A stretch of 64,000 nt of DNA from Escherichia phage vB_Eco_F31. How positions within the stretch are numbered: position 1 is the first letter of the stretch; each line of letters opens with the position of its first letter. A program made the translations under genes and the position numbers. The notes under the pieces are model-generated. The model searched no databases, had not been told where the DNA came from, and worked only from the letters and a program-made list of their open reading frames with translations. This document shows positions 13,310-21,947 of the stretch, one piece after another. The stretch lies in the sequence record OP870147.1; one strand, written 5' to 3'.

Positions 13310-13579
13310 TTATTTCTGTGCAATTTCGATGTAAGTTTTCAAAATATTTTGCCAATTAGGCATACCTTCTTGGACATATGCTGGAGAACCGTCTTTGTTT
13401 TTGAATGATGCAAGTTTATCAGTGGCCCAATAACCTTTAGCTCGAGCTTCAGAATCAACTTTCATCCATACTTTGTTGAAGGCATTACCATTAACTTTTG
13501 CACCATATTTTTCTACTAACTTAACTGCTTCAGCTTCCAGAACTTTTAAAGTATCTCTTAAGAAACGTGCTTTAGTCAT
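13310..13579 (-). CDS. hypothetical protein (89 aa) at the locus where T4 carries segD
   Basis: ATG at 13579 preceded by AGGAG and an early-promoter-like motif; no GIY-YIG/HNH motifs seen. Confidence 0.6.
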   Translation of the reverse strand: MTKARFLRDTLKVLEAEAVKLVEKYGAKVNGNAFNKVWMKVDSEARAKGYWATDKLASFKNKDGSPAYVQEGMPNWQNILKTYIEIAQK

Positions 13580-13609
13580 TTTGTTTACTCCTCTGTAGTT
13601 GATAAGTCT

Positions 13610-13639
13610 ATAGTATCACATACCAAATACGTTGTAAAC
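13610..13639 (-). promoter_or_regulatory. early-promoter-like motif GTTTAC-N18-TACTAT
   Basis: Minus strand GTTTAC ... TGATACTATAGAC, then AGGAG and ATG of the 89-aa ORF. Confidence 0.45.
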
Positions 13640-13645
13640 AATCTT

Positions 13646-13653
13646 TATAAATA
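13646..13653 (+). promoter_or_regulatory. T4-type late promoter (TATAAATA) for gene 24
   Basis: Exact TATAAATA 28 nt upstream of gene 24 ATG. Confidence 0.5.
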
Positions 13654-13680
13654 ATCTATATCACATAAGGAAAAAATGCA

Positions 13681-14964
13681 ATGAGTAAAATCCAAAAATT
13701 ATTGCGTGAATCTACAACGTCTACTAGCAACTCAATTGGTCGCCCAAATCTCGTTGCTTTGACTCGCGCTACGACTAAATTAATATATTCTGACATTGTA
13801 GCAACACAAAGAACTAATCAACCTGTTGCTGCTTTTTATGGTATCAAATATCTTAACCCAGACAACGAATTCACATTTAAAACCGGTGCTACTTATGCTG
13901 GCGAAGTTGGATATGTAGACCGAGAAAAAATTACTGAACTCACAGAAGAATCAAAAGTCACACTAAATAAAGGTGATTTTTTCAAATATAATAATATCGT
14001 CTATAAAGTGTTAGAAGATACACCATTTGCAGATATTCAAGAAAGTGATCTAGAATTAGCTCTTCAGATTGCAGTCGTTCATTTAAAGGTACGGTTATTT
14101 TCAGATGCAGCGGTAACAAGCAAATTTGAAAGCTCTGATAGCGAAATTTCTGATGCAAGATTCCAGATTAATAAATGGCAAACTTCAGTCAAATCTCGCA
14201 AACTTAAAACTGGTCTCACGGTTGAATTAGCGCAAGATTTGGAAGCGAATGGATTTGATGCCCCTAACTTCTTAGAGGATTTGCTTGCTACTGAAATGGC
14301 TGATGAAATTAATAAAGATATTCTTCAGTCTTTAATTACTGTATCGAAACGTTATAAAGTTACTGGAATTACTGACACCGGATTTATTGACTTGAGCTAT
14401 GCATCCGCTCCAGAAGCAGGTCGTTCATTATATCGAATGGTGTGTGAAATGGTATCACACATTCAAAAAGAGACAACTTATACTGCAACGTTTTGTGTAG
14501 CCTCAGCTCGTGCAGCTGCTATTCTTGCTGCTTCTGGTTGGTTAAAACATAAGCCAGAAGATGACAAGTATCTTTCACAAAATGCTTATGGATTCTTGGC
14601 AAATGGATTACCTCTTTACTGCGATACCAACAGCCCGTTAGATTATGTTATTGTGGGTGTTGTAGAAAATCTCGGCGAAAAAGAAATTGTAGGGTCCATC
14701 TTTTATGCTCCATACACTGAAGGAGTAGATTTAGATGACCCAGAACATGTCGGTGCTTTTAAAGTTGTAGTTGATCCAGAAAGCTTGCAACCGTCTATCG
14801 GATTATTGGTTAGATATGCCTTATCAGCAAATCCTTACACAGTAGCAAAAGATGAAAAAGAAGCGAGAATAATTGATGGCGGGGACATGGATAAAATGGC
14901 AGGACGTTCAGACTTGTCTGTTTTACTCGGTGTTAAGCTACCAAAAATTATCATTGATGAATAA
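13681..14964 (+). CDS. 24: capsid vertex protein gp24
   Basis: 427 aa, same length as T4 gp24; TATAAATA 28 nt upstream. Confidence 0.9.
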   Translation: MSKIQKLLRESTTSTSNSIGRPNLVALTRATTKLIYSDIVATQRTNQPVAAFYGIKYLNPDNEFTFKTGATYAGEVGYVDREKITELTEESKVTLNKGDFFKYNNIVYKVLEDTPFADIQESDLELALQIAVVHLKVRLFSDAAVTSKFESSDSEISDARFQINKWQTSVKSRKLKTGLTVELAQDLEANGFDAPNFLEDLLATEMADEINKDILQSLITVSKRYKVTGITDTGFIDLSYASAPEAGRSLYRMVCEMVSHIQKETTYTATFCVASARAAAILAASGWLKHKPEDDKYLSQNAYGFLANGLPLYCDTNSPLDYVIVGVVENLGEKEIVGSIFYAPYTEGVDLDDPEHVGAFKVVVDPESLQPSIGLLVRYALSANPYTVAKDEKEARIIDGGDMDKMAGRSDLSVLLGVKLPKIIIDE

Positions 14965-14973
14965 AAAAAAAAA

Positions 14974-14989
14974 GGGACCGTAAGGTCCC
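14974..14989. terminator. bidirectional terminator GGGACC-GUAA-GGUCCC flanked by A11 and T5
   Basis: Hairpin between convergent genes 24 (+) and rnlB (-); poly-A upstream and poly-T downstream. Confidence 0.6.
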
Positions 14990-14996
14990 TTTTTCG

Positions 14997-15995
14997 TTAT
15001 GATACTAATTCAATCCATGCAGGACGCAGAACATCTTGCACCATTCGGACTAATTCTTTCTTAACAAGATTCGGATTATCAGATGATGTTAATACAATAC
15101 CTTCACGAGAAGTTTCTTCCAGAATATCTTGAACAGTCAATCCCATCACTTTGCCAAAATCTTTTGGCGTTACAGTCCCAATCTTAGAAATCACATTATT
15201 AACACGATTTAATGTAACATAACAAGCTAGAACATCAAGTAAGTTTTTGTCAATTTCGGTTAATGGAACCTGAGTTTTAATAGGCTTATCAGACTTTTTC
15301 TTTTCACTGAATTTAGAGTTCTTGCACTTAATAGCTACACGAGTACCGTTTGGCAGCCATTTAGGGAAACAGGGCTTCAGAACATAACCTTCCGCAGTAT
15401 TATTACCAATAACATTAGCATCAAATACGCAATTATTTGCTTCGACAAGGTCTTCTGACGCAGTAGCATTATAAGCGGCTAAGACAGAATCAAGGTCGTT
15501 TGGAATCATGATAAGAGCATCAAATGTGCCACGACCAAGCATTGGTGCCATTTTAAAACCGAATTCATTACAGAAATCTTGCATTTCATAATCGGTCAAA
15601 TACGTATTATCACCACTTTCTGTATTGATAAGGATATCGAACACATAAAAATCTTTTTCACCGTAGTCAACACCTTTCTGGATTCCACCACCGGCGAATT
15701 CACCGAATACTTGATATGATACGGCTCGAGCTGTGTACATGAATTCCTGAACGGCTTTAATAGCTTTATCATACTTCTTGAGTACGATTTCATAACCATA
15801 AAAATCTTCTGCTGGAAGAATAGGGCCTGTGCGCTTGGCGCATGTGACGTTGTCACGTTCAATTATTAACGAGAAGTTAGTCCCATGGATTTTCTCACGT
15901 GCTACCCAAACACCAGTAGTCAAACCATTAGTGTAGAGTTTTTCAATAAACTTAGAGTTGTAGTGGTTTTCAAGACTGCTGTATTTCTTAAACAT
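14997..15995 (-). CDS. rnlB: RNA ligase 2
   Basis: 332 aa; N-terminus [21 protein letters not shown] and nucleotidyltransferase motif KIHGTN match T4 Rnl2 as recalled. Confidence 0.9.
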   Translation of the reverse strand: MFKKYSSLENHYNSKFIEKLYTNGLTTGVWVAREKIHGTNFSLIIERDNVTCAKRTGPILPAEDFYGYEIVLKKYDKAIKAVQEFMYTARAVSYQVFGEFAGGGIQKGVDYGEKDFYVFDILINTESGDNTYLTDYEMQDFCNEFGFKMAPMLGRGTFDALIMIPNDLDSVLAAYNATASEDLVEANNCVFDANVIGNNTAEGYVLKPCFPKWLPNGTRVAIKCKNSKFSEKKKSDKPIKTQVPLTEIDKNLLDVLACYVTLNRVNNVISKIGTVTPKDFGKVMGLTVQDILEETSREGIVLTSSDNPNLVKKELVRMVQDVLRPAWIELVS

Positions 15996-16083
15996 AAATC
16001 ACCATTATAAATAATATCAAAATAATTAGCAGAGACTCTGTCTCCGACCAGATGTTTAATTTGAATGGATAGAACCTAGATTC

Positions 16084-16109
16084 ATTATACCATCAAAAAA
16101 TGTAAAGCA
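16084..16109 (-). promoter_or_regulatory. middle-promoter-like motif (MotA box TGCTTTA, 13 nt, TATAAT) upstream of rnlB
   Basis: Minus strand aatatGCTTTAcattttttgatggTATAATg. Confidence 0.4.
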
Positions 16110-16111
16110 TA

Positions 16112-16363
16112 TTAGAACTTGATTTCTATCCAATGACCATCACGCTGGTCGTGATTAATTTTATACTGAAAGCCATTATCACGTAACCACTGCCCGACTT
16201 GCTCAGTGATAGTTAAATCATTCTTTGACGGGTAGTACGTGAATTGTGTCTGGCCTTTATCAGCGGCTTTCTCTGCCATCACAGAGAAGTTAGTAATAAA
16301 ATCACTCAACAAATTAGCTTTAGTGGCCAGAGCCCTTTCTCTTAATTCCTGTGCAAAACTCAT
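16112..16363 (-). CDS. hypothetical protein (83 aa)
   Basis: ATG at 16363 overlaps stop of upstream ORF (ATGA); position between hoc and rnlB. Confidence 0.55.
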   Translation of the reverse strand: MSFAQELRERALATKANLLSDFITNFSVMAEKAADKGQTQFTYYPSKNDLTITEQVGQWLRDNGFQYKINHDQRDGHWIEIKF

Positions 16364-16554
16364 TTCTTCACCTTTTTGTTAATCAAACGTTTACGGTATA
16401 CAACTTTTTCTTTTGCTTTAAACTTTGACCGAGCTGTCTCGGCTTTAGTCCATAGTAATCCAACTTCTTTAGGTTGTAAACCGATTTTTTGAGCAATTTC
16501 TACGAATGAAAATCCCGCCTCATGTAATGTATAAACTTCAACTTCAGCTCTCAT
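16360..16554 (-). CDS. hypothetical small protein with helix-turn-helix-like segment and basic tail (64 aa from ATG at 16554)
   Basis: Track start at 16560 is TTG; ATG 6 nt in; segment GFSFVEIAQKIGLQPKEVG resembles an HTH; lysine-rich C-terminus. Confidence 0.5.
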   Translation of the reverse strand: MRAEVEVYTLHEAGFSFVEIAQKIGLQPKEVGLLWTKAETARSKFKAKEKVVYRKRLINKKVKK

Positions 16555-16635
16555 AATCAATCCCGTATTATTTGGTTTGTGCCATTATATACATCAATCT
16601 CAAGATGTGTTTTGTATGCTTTAAAAACGAAGAAA

Positions 16636-16649
16636 GGGGCCGAAGCCCC
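16636..16649 (-). terminator. terminator hairpin GGGGC-UUCG-GCCCC (minus strand) after hoc
   Basis: GC stem with UUCG loop 7 nt after hoc stop, followed on minus strand by U-rich tract. Confidence 0.5.
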
Positions 16650-16655
16650 TTACGA

Positions 16656-18074
16656 TTATGGATATGTATAGATGATACCAGTTTCCAAAGCAGTTTTATG
16701 GATGATGTATCCATTACGTGATTCTTGAACATCAACTTCTGGATAATCTTTCATCATCTTCTGAAGAGTGTAACGATGCAGGTAGTATTTACTATCTGGA
16801 TCTTCAGTTTTCCAATCTTTACCTTCTTCAGTCATTTTTTGGATTTCATCCATAACCCACCATCCGCACCAGATGTAAGCTGAAGTACGATGTGGAAGAG
16901 GATGAACATAAGGTAATTCACCTTCTGGTTCTGGAGCAACTTTATCGGTTACCTGAACTTGACCTTCTGCTGTAATAGTTTTGCTATCGTAATCAGTTGC
17001 AGTAATAGTTGCAGTAACTTCAATAGTTTGACTTCCAATAGATGAGGTATCAACGGTATATACATTAGTTGACCCTTCTACAGGAGAAGAATCTTTCTTC
17101 CATGAATACTCAATTTGCGCTTCTTCTGGAGCATCAGTGACATTAGCGGTAAATGTAGCCGAAGCATCTTGCTGAACGTTAATAGAAGGAGGAGTCAATG
17201 TAACCCGTGGATTCATTGTCTTCTTATTAACCGTTAATGATACTTCATTCGAAGTAACTTCCTTTGCATCATAATCTGTCGCGGTTACTTGGGCTACACA
17301 CTTAATTCTTTTTACTCCACTTGTAGTCGGAGTATAGCTAAATGTAGAGTTAGTTTCTCCACCAACCTGTGAATCATCTACATACCACTGATACGTAGCA
17401 GACGCTCCAACCGGTTGAGAAGCTAAGGCAGCAGTAAATTGAACTGGGGTTCCAATTACTCCGGCTGAAGGACTATTGGGAGTTACTGCCAACGTAGTTG
17501 TCTGTGTCTTTTTATTAACAGTCAGTGACACTTCATTAGAAGTAACGCTTAGTGCGTCATAATCTGTTGCGGTTACTTGGGCTACACATTTAATTTTTTT
17601 AACTCCGCTTGTGGTAGGAGTGTAATTGAATGTAGCAGAAGTTGCTTCGCCAACAGGAGAATCATCTACATACCATTGATAAGTAGCGTTTGCGCCTGAT
17701 GGCTGCGAAGCTAAAGCGGCGGTAAATTCAATAGCTGTTCCTATTACTCCAGCGTCAGGGCTATTAGGAGTTACAGCTAAGGTAGTCGTTTGTGTCTTGT
17801 TTTGAACTGTGATAGTTGTAGTAGCTTCTGCTGTTTCAGCTTCAGCGTCTGGAACTGTATTTGTTGCAACTACTTTAATAGTCTTTTGACCGGCAGGTCC
17901 TTTTAGTACATAACTAAAAGTTGCTTCAGCTCCATCTTGTGGAACATCATCCACAGACCAAGCATATGTAATAGGTCCATCTCCAGTTTGACCACTGGGT
18001 GTAGCAGTAAACTGCTTAGTCTCATCTATAACTCCAGTAGGTGTTTTAGGAGTTATATCAACTGTAAAAGCCAT
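16656..18074 (-). CDS. hoc: highly immunogenic outer capsid protein Hoc, with four Ig-like domains
   Basis: 472 aa; position upstream of inh as in T4; repeated about 97-aa Ig-like units with conserved YxW...C...Y(D) pattern; two units nearly identical. Confidence 0.85.
   Translation of the reverse strand: MAFTVDITPKTPTGVIDETKQFTATPSGQTGDGPITYAWSVDDVPQDGAEATFSYVLKGPAGQKTIKVVATNTVPDAEAETAEATTTITVQNKTQTTTLAVTPNSPDAGVIGTAIEFTAALASQPSGANATYQWYVDDSPVGEATSATFNYTPTTSGVKKIKCVAQVTATDYDALSVTSNEVSLTVNKKTQTTTLAVTPNSPSAGVIGTPVQFTAALASQPVGASATYQWYVDDSQVGGETNSTFSYTPTTSGVKRIKCVAQVTATDYDAKEVTSNEVSLTVNKKTMNPRVTLTPPSINVQQDASATFTANVTDAPEEAQIEYSWKKDSSPVEGSTNVYTVDTSSIGSQTIEVTATITATDYDSKTITAEGQVQVTDKVAPEPEGELPYVHPLPHRTSAYIWCGWWVMDEIQKMTEEGKDWKTEDPDSKYYLHRYTLQKMMKDYPEVDVQESRNGYIIHKTALETGIIYTYP
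17220..17801 (-). repeat. tandem duplication (2 x ~291 bp) inside hoc encoding two near-identical Ig-like domains
   Basis: Protein units KTQTTTLAVTPNSP.AGVIGT...ATYQWYVDDS.VG...SGVK.IKCVAQVTATDYDA..VTSNEVSLTVNKK repeated back to back; nucleotide copies clearly similar on reading. Confidence 0.8.
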
Positions 18075-18083
18075 AACTTATCC

Positions 18084-18752
18084 TTATTTTAATGTTATGA
18101 AAGAAGAATTACGAGTTTCACGAATTAGAACTGATCCATCGCGATTAATATAATAAATTAAGCTAAATAATGTTTGGTGAGCAGAAGCATGCACAAAACT
18201 AGTTGGGCGAGATTTCCAATCTGGGGTTTCGGCTATCCATTGATAAATCCACCAAGGAACAGTAACATATCCTGGGCCTTTGCCTAATTTAATGAGTGTA
18301 GGACTAAAATTTTCAGGCAGAACAAATTTTACTTCTTTATTTACCTCTGGTTCAGGCTCTTTTTCGGATTCAACAATCTGAGTAATTGCTTCTTCGAATT
18401 TATCATGGTCGAATTCTTTTTCTTGTTCGACAACTTCTAATACTTCAACTTGTTCTGTTGGAGAATCAAACAACAGAATAGCTTCTTCTTTAACTTCTTC
18501 GTTGGTGAAATTAACACCGTCCACATCATCTGCGGCAGTAATTAAATCGGTGATAGATAATCCATCAGTTTCAGGTAATGGTTCATCAGCCAGTGCGTTA
18601 AGAGCTTCTTCGATATCAATAACAATATTATCGAATGATTTTGTTTTCTTAACACTAATGCCAAATTGTTCCGCATATTCAAACAGTTTAGCTTTGGCTT
18701 CCTTTTTATCAGAAAGAGCACGTAACTCTTCAATATAGTCTTTATCGATCAT
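18084..18752 (-). CDS. inh: inhibitor of prohead protease Inh
   Basis: 222 aa; position between hoc and uvsW and size match T4 inh. Confidence 0.7.
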   Translation of the reverse strand: MIDKDYIEELRALSDKKEAKAKLFEYAEQFGISVKKTKSFDNIVIDIEEALNALADEPLPETDGLSITDLITAADDVDGVNFTNEEVKEEAILLFDSPTEQVEVLEVVEQEKEFDHDKFEEAITQIVESEKEPEPEVNKEVKFVLPENFSPTLIKLGKGPGYVTVPWWIYQWIAETPDWKSRPTSFVHASAHQTLFSLIYYINRDGSVLIRETRNSSFITLK

Positions 18753-18765
18753 GATATTTCCTCAT

Positions 18766-18773
18766 TATAAATA
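18766..18773 (+). promoter_or_regulatory. T4-type late promoter (TATAAATA) for uvsW
   Basis: Exact TATAAATA 30 nt upstream of uvsW ATG. Confidence 0.5.
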
Positions 18774-18802
18774 TAACTATATTTATTACATGGTAATTTG
18801 AC

Positions 18803-20317
18803 ATGACTGACATTAAAGTACATTTTTATGATTTTAGTCACGTGCGCATTGAATGCGACGAAAGTACGTTTTACGAACTTCGTGACTTTTTTAGCTTTGA
18901 AGCTGACGGGTATAAATTTAACCCAAAATATCGCTATGGGCAATGGGATGGTAGAATTCGACTTTTAGATTACAATCGTTTGTTACCATATGGACTTGTA
19001 GGACAAATAAAAAAGTTCTGTAACAATATGAGTTATTCTGTATGGATTGACCCTAAAATCTTTGAGACTGAAGACCTTACCAGGGAAGATTTTGACGCAT
19101 GGCTTTCTAAACAAGAAATTTATTCTGGCAACGCCAAAATTGAACCACATTGGTATCAAAAAGATGCAGTATATGAAGGACTAGTTAATCGTCGTCGAAT
19201 TTTAAACCTTCCGACATCAGCAGGTAAATCACTAATCCAAGCACTTTTAGCTCGGTATTATCTAGAGAACTATGAAGGTAAAATTCTCATTATCGTCCCT
19301 ACAACAGCATTGACAACCCAGATGGCTAATGATTTTGTTGATTATCGCTTGTTTAGTCATTCGATGATTAAGAAAATTGGCGGTGGTGCTGATAAAGCGG
19401 ACAAATCTAAAAACGACGCTCCAATTATTGTTGGCACATGGCAAACGGTAGTTAAGCAGCCTAAAGAATGGTTCTCTCAGTTCGGTATGATGATGAACGA
19501 TGAATGCCACTTAGCAACAGGCAAAAGTATTTCTTCAATCATCTCAGGATTAAATAATTGTATGTTTAAATTCGGTTTATCCGGCTCATTAAGAGACGGA
19601 AAAGCCAATGTAATGCAGTACGTAGGAATGTTCGGTGAAATCTTCCGTCCTGTTAGCACGTCTAAATTAATGGAAGATGGACAAGTAACTGAGCTTAAGA
19701 TTAATAGTATTTTCCTTCGTTATCCGGACGAATTCGCCACCAAATTAAAAGGTAAAACATACCAAGAAGAAGTTAAAATTATTACCGGACTAAAACGTCG
19801 TACAAAGTGGATTGCTCAACTTTCGGTCAAATTGGCTAAGAAAGACGAGAACGCCTTTGTAATGTTTAAACATGTTACACACGGTAAAGAAATATTTGAA
19901 GCTATTAAAGAGCTTGGATACGAAAAAGTTTATTACGTATCAGGTGAAGTTGATACTGAAACACGTAACGCGCTTAAAGTCATGGCAGAAAATGGTAAAG
20001 GCATTATTATTGTCGCATCATATGGAGTATTCTCTACTGGTATTTCAGTCAAGAATCTTCATCATGTTATTTTTGCCCATGGTGTTAAATCAAAAATTAT
20101 CGTACTTCAAACCGTAGGTCGCGTGCTTCGTAAGCATGGTTCTAAAGCTGTTGCTACAGTTTGGGATCTCATCGACGATGCAGGTGTAAAACCTAAATCA
20201 TTAAATACTAAAAAGAAGTATACTCATCTTAATTACTTGTTAAAACACGGTATTGATCGTATCCAACGTTACGCTGATGAGAAATTTAACTATGTAATGA
20301 AAACAATTAATTTATAA
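18803..20317 (+). CDS. uvsW: UvsW helicase (SF2, RNA-DNA/branch helicase)
   Basis: 504 aa; helicase motifs (Walker A-like PTSAGKS, DEAD-box-like MMMNDECH); size and position as T4 UvsW. Confidence 0.9.
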   Translation: MTDIKVHFYDFSHVRIECDESTFYELRDFFSFEADGYKFNPKYRYGQWDGRIRLLDYNRLLPYGLVGQIKKFCNNMSYSVWIDPKIFETEDLTREDFDAWLSKQEIYSGNAKIEPHWYQKDAVYEGLVNRRRILNLPTSAGKSLIQALLARYYLENYEGKILIIVPTTALTTQMANDFVDYRLFSHSMIKKIGGGADKADKSKNDAPIIVGTWQTVVKQPKEWFSQFGMMMNDECHLATGKSISSIISGLNNCMFKFGLSGSLRDGKANVMQYVGMFGEIFRPVSTSKLMEDGQVTELKINSIFLRYPDEFATKLKGKTYQEEVKIITGLKRRTKWIAQLSVKLAKKDENAFVMFKHVTHGKEIFEAIKELGYEKVYYVSGEVDTETRNALKVMAENGKGIIIVASYGVFSTGISVKNLHHVIFAHGVKSKIIVLQTVGRVLRKHGSKAVATVWDLIDDAGVKPKSLNTKKKYTHLNYLLKHGIDRIQRYADEKFNYVMKTINL

Positions 20318-20342
20318 GGGCTTCGGCCCTTAGGAGATAAAA

Positions 20343-20573
20343 ATGGTACTTGAATTTAAACAATTTTTATACGAAGCATCTATTGACGAATTCATGGGTA
20401 AAATTGCTAGTTGTCATACCCTAGAAGGGCTTGAAGAATTGGAAGCTTATTATAAGAAACGTATAAAAGAAACGGAATTAAAAGATACAGATGATATTTC
20501 TGTCAGGGATGCCTTAGCAGGTAAGCGTGCCGAACTTGAAGGCGATGATGAGGATGTGGAAGAAGACTTCTAA
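20343..20573 (+). CDS. uvsW.1: UvsW.1-like small acidic protein
   Basis: 76 aa immediately downstream of uvsW with AGGAG RBS. Confidence 0.6.
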   Translation: MVLEFKQFLYEASIDEFMGKIASCHTLEGLEELEAYYKKRIKETELKDTDDISVRDALAGKRAELEGDDEDVEEDF

Positions 20574-20574
20574 T

Positions 20575-20610
20575 TAAAAAAAGGCCCGACCTTTTTGGAA
20601 GGGCCAAAAA
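20575..20610. terminator. hairpin-forming A/T-flanked GC element between convergent uvsW.1 and the 55-aa ORF
   Basis: aaaaaaaGGCCCgacctttttggaaGGGCCaaaaa; can pair GGCCC/GGGCC or AAAAAGG/CCTTTTT. Confidence 0.4.
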
Positions 20611-20631
20611 CCATAGGCAAAAAAGGTAACA

Positions 20632-20799
20632 CTATAGTAAAAGTTGGGTTTCGTTCAATTGCTCTTCTGAACTTTCTGAAACCGGCAATTGTTGGACATA
20701 GTTATAACAAGGACCAGGATGTGCTGGGCCTTTGTCTGTTTCAACAACCAATGTAGAATCGATTGGAGTTTTACAGACAACACAAATCTTATCTGACAT
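20632..20799 (-). CDS. small Cys-containing hypothetical protein (55 aa), below the track's 60-aa cutoff
   Basis: Hand-translated: MSDKICVVCKTPIDSTLVVETDKGPAHPGPCYNYVQQLPVSESSEEQLNETQLLL; AGGAGG 7 nt upstream of ATG at 20799; CxxC...H...C pattern. Confidence 0.5.
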   Translation of the reverse strand: MSDKICVVCKTPIDSTLVVETDKGPAHPGPCYNYVQQLPVSESSEEQLNETQLLL

Positions 20800-20831
20800 G
20801 ATTGCCTCCTAAGTTGAAATTACATATCTAT

Positions 20832-21056
20832 TTATACAACTCTCATATGCATATCAATGCCCATATCTTTAGAATAAAAATATTCATCAAGATATCCGGC
20901 AAATTTTCCTTTAATATAAAGGACGTCTTCACCACACGGGTGGTCTGCCAGGATACGAATATCCTGACGACGTAGACGATACTTTTCCATTAAGAATTTA
21001 ATTTCAGTTTCAAATTCTTCGTCATTATTAAAGGCATCTTCAATTGAATAACGCAT
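20832..21056 (-). CDS. hypothetical protein (74 aa), downstream of uvsY
   Basis: ATG at 21056 overlaps uvsY stop; same strand operon position as T4 uvsY.-1. Confidence 0.5.
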   Translation of the reverse strand: MRYSIEDAFNNDEEFETEIKFLMEKYRLRRQDIRILADHPCGEDVLYIKGKFAGYLDEYFYSKDMGIDMHMRVV

Positions 21057-21469
21057 TATTGCCCCGCTTCAAATTCTCGCATATCCTGGATATGTTTAAG
21101 TGCAAAACTACGAGACTTAACTGCGTCAAGTGCACCACTACAGAACTCAAGTAAAATTCCCCAGTATTGTAAAGTAGTCTCTATTTTAAGCACATCTTTA
21201 TCTGCAGCCAGGACAGTTTTCATTTCAGATTTCTCGTATCGGTCCATACTGAATTCATCACCGTCACCTCGTCCCGAGTAGTAGTCTAATCTTGCTTTTA
21301 GAGCAGTTTTCTTCTGAGTCTCTATACGCAACATTTCTTTACGAATAAATGAGTGCTTACGTAGCCATTTGCTGTATAACTTAACATTATTCGCCGTCTC
21401 ATATTGCAACTTTGTCATATCAATAGCTAAGTCTGCGTCTAACTCTTCCTGTAAATCTTCCAGCTTCAT
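21056..21469 (-). CDS. uvsY: recombination mediator UvsY
   Basis: 137 aa, same length as T4 UvsY; MotA-box middle promoter motif upstream. Confidence 0.85.
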   Translation of the reverse strand: MKLEDLQEELDADLAIDMTKLQYETANNVKLYSKWLRKHSFIRKEMLRIETQKKTALKARLDYYSGRGDGDEFSMDRYEKSEMKTVLAADKDVLKIETTLQYWGILLEFCSGALDAVKSRSFALKHIQDMREFEAGQ

Positions 21470-21523
21470 AATATTCTCTCTTTAACTAATAATCTCCCGG
21501 CTGTATCGGAAGGACCTAAAACC

Positions 21524-21548
21524 ATTATACATAGGTTGCCTTGAAGCA
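21524..21548 (-). promoter_or_regulatory. middle-promoter-like motif (MotA box TGCTTCA, 12 nt, TATAAT) upstream of uvsY
   Basis: Minus strand gtaaTGCTTCAaggcaacctatgTATAATgg directly after gene 25 stop. Confidence 0.45.
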
Positions 21549-21947
21549 TTACACTCTATTGCTTGACGCTAACTGAAGTTTAATTTGTTCAATATCGTCA
21601 GGGTTGTCTACGACCGAAAATCTAATCTCTACTATAACCGTATAGTCATCATATACTGGCGTTACACTTACAGAAAGTTTGTCGATGCGTGGCTCATAGT
21701 TACGAACAGCTGCCTGGATATTACGCTCAATCGTATCGGCTGTAAGTGGTGTCATGTTCTCGAAAAGTTCATCGACCAAATCACATCCAAATTCAGGGTC
21801 GAAGGGGCGTGAGCCTTTTCTAGTTGTCACTATGCCAAGAAGACTATTTTTAATAGAACGAAGTCCTACAGAACGAGCAACGTCCTTGTTCCAATCCATA
21901 CGCATTTCTGGGTCGATATCTGAATAAAGTTTATTGATATTAGACAT
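21549..21947 (-). CDS. 25: baseplate wedge protein gp25
   Basis: 132 aa, same length as T4 gp25; directly downstream of gene 26 (ATG overlaps its stop). Confidence 0.85.
   Translation of the reverse strand: MSNINKLYSDIDPEMRMDWNKDVARSVGLRSIKNSLLGIVTTRKGSRPFDPEFGCDLVDELFENMTPLTADTIERNIQAAVRNYEPRIDKLSVSVTPVYDDYTVIVEIRFSVVDNPDDIEQIKLQLASSNRV

Noticed and set aside
16006-16013. Plus-strand TATAAATA inside the rnlB 5' leader
   Set aside because: No plus-strand gene downstream (it would read antisense into the hoc-side operon); the 8-mer is expected several times by chance in an AT-rich genome. It could give a late antisense transcript, but there is no supporting evidence.
16584-16589. Sigma-70-like promoter (TTGAGA ... 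TATAAT) upstream of the 64-aa HTH ORF
   Set aside because: Spacing between the -35-like and -10-like hexamers is only about 8 nt, and no GTTTAC or MotA box is present; the promoter for this operon remains unassigned.
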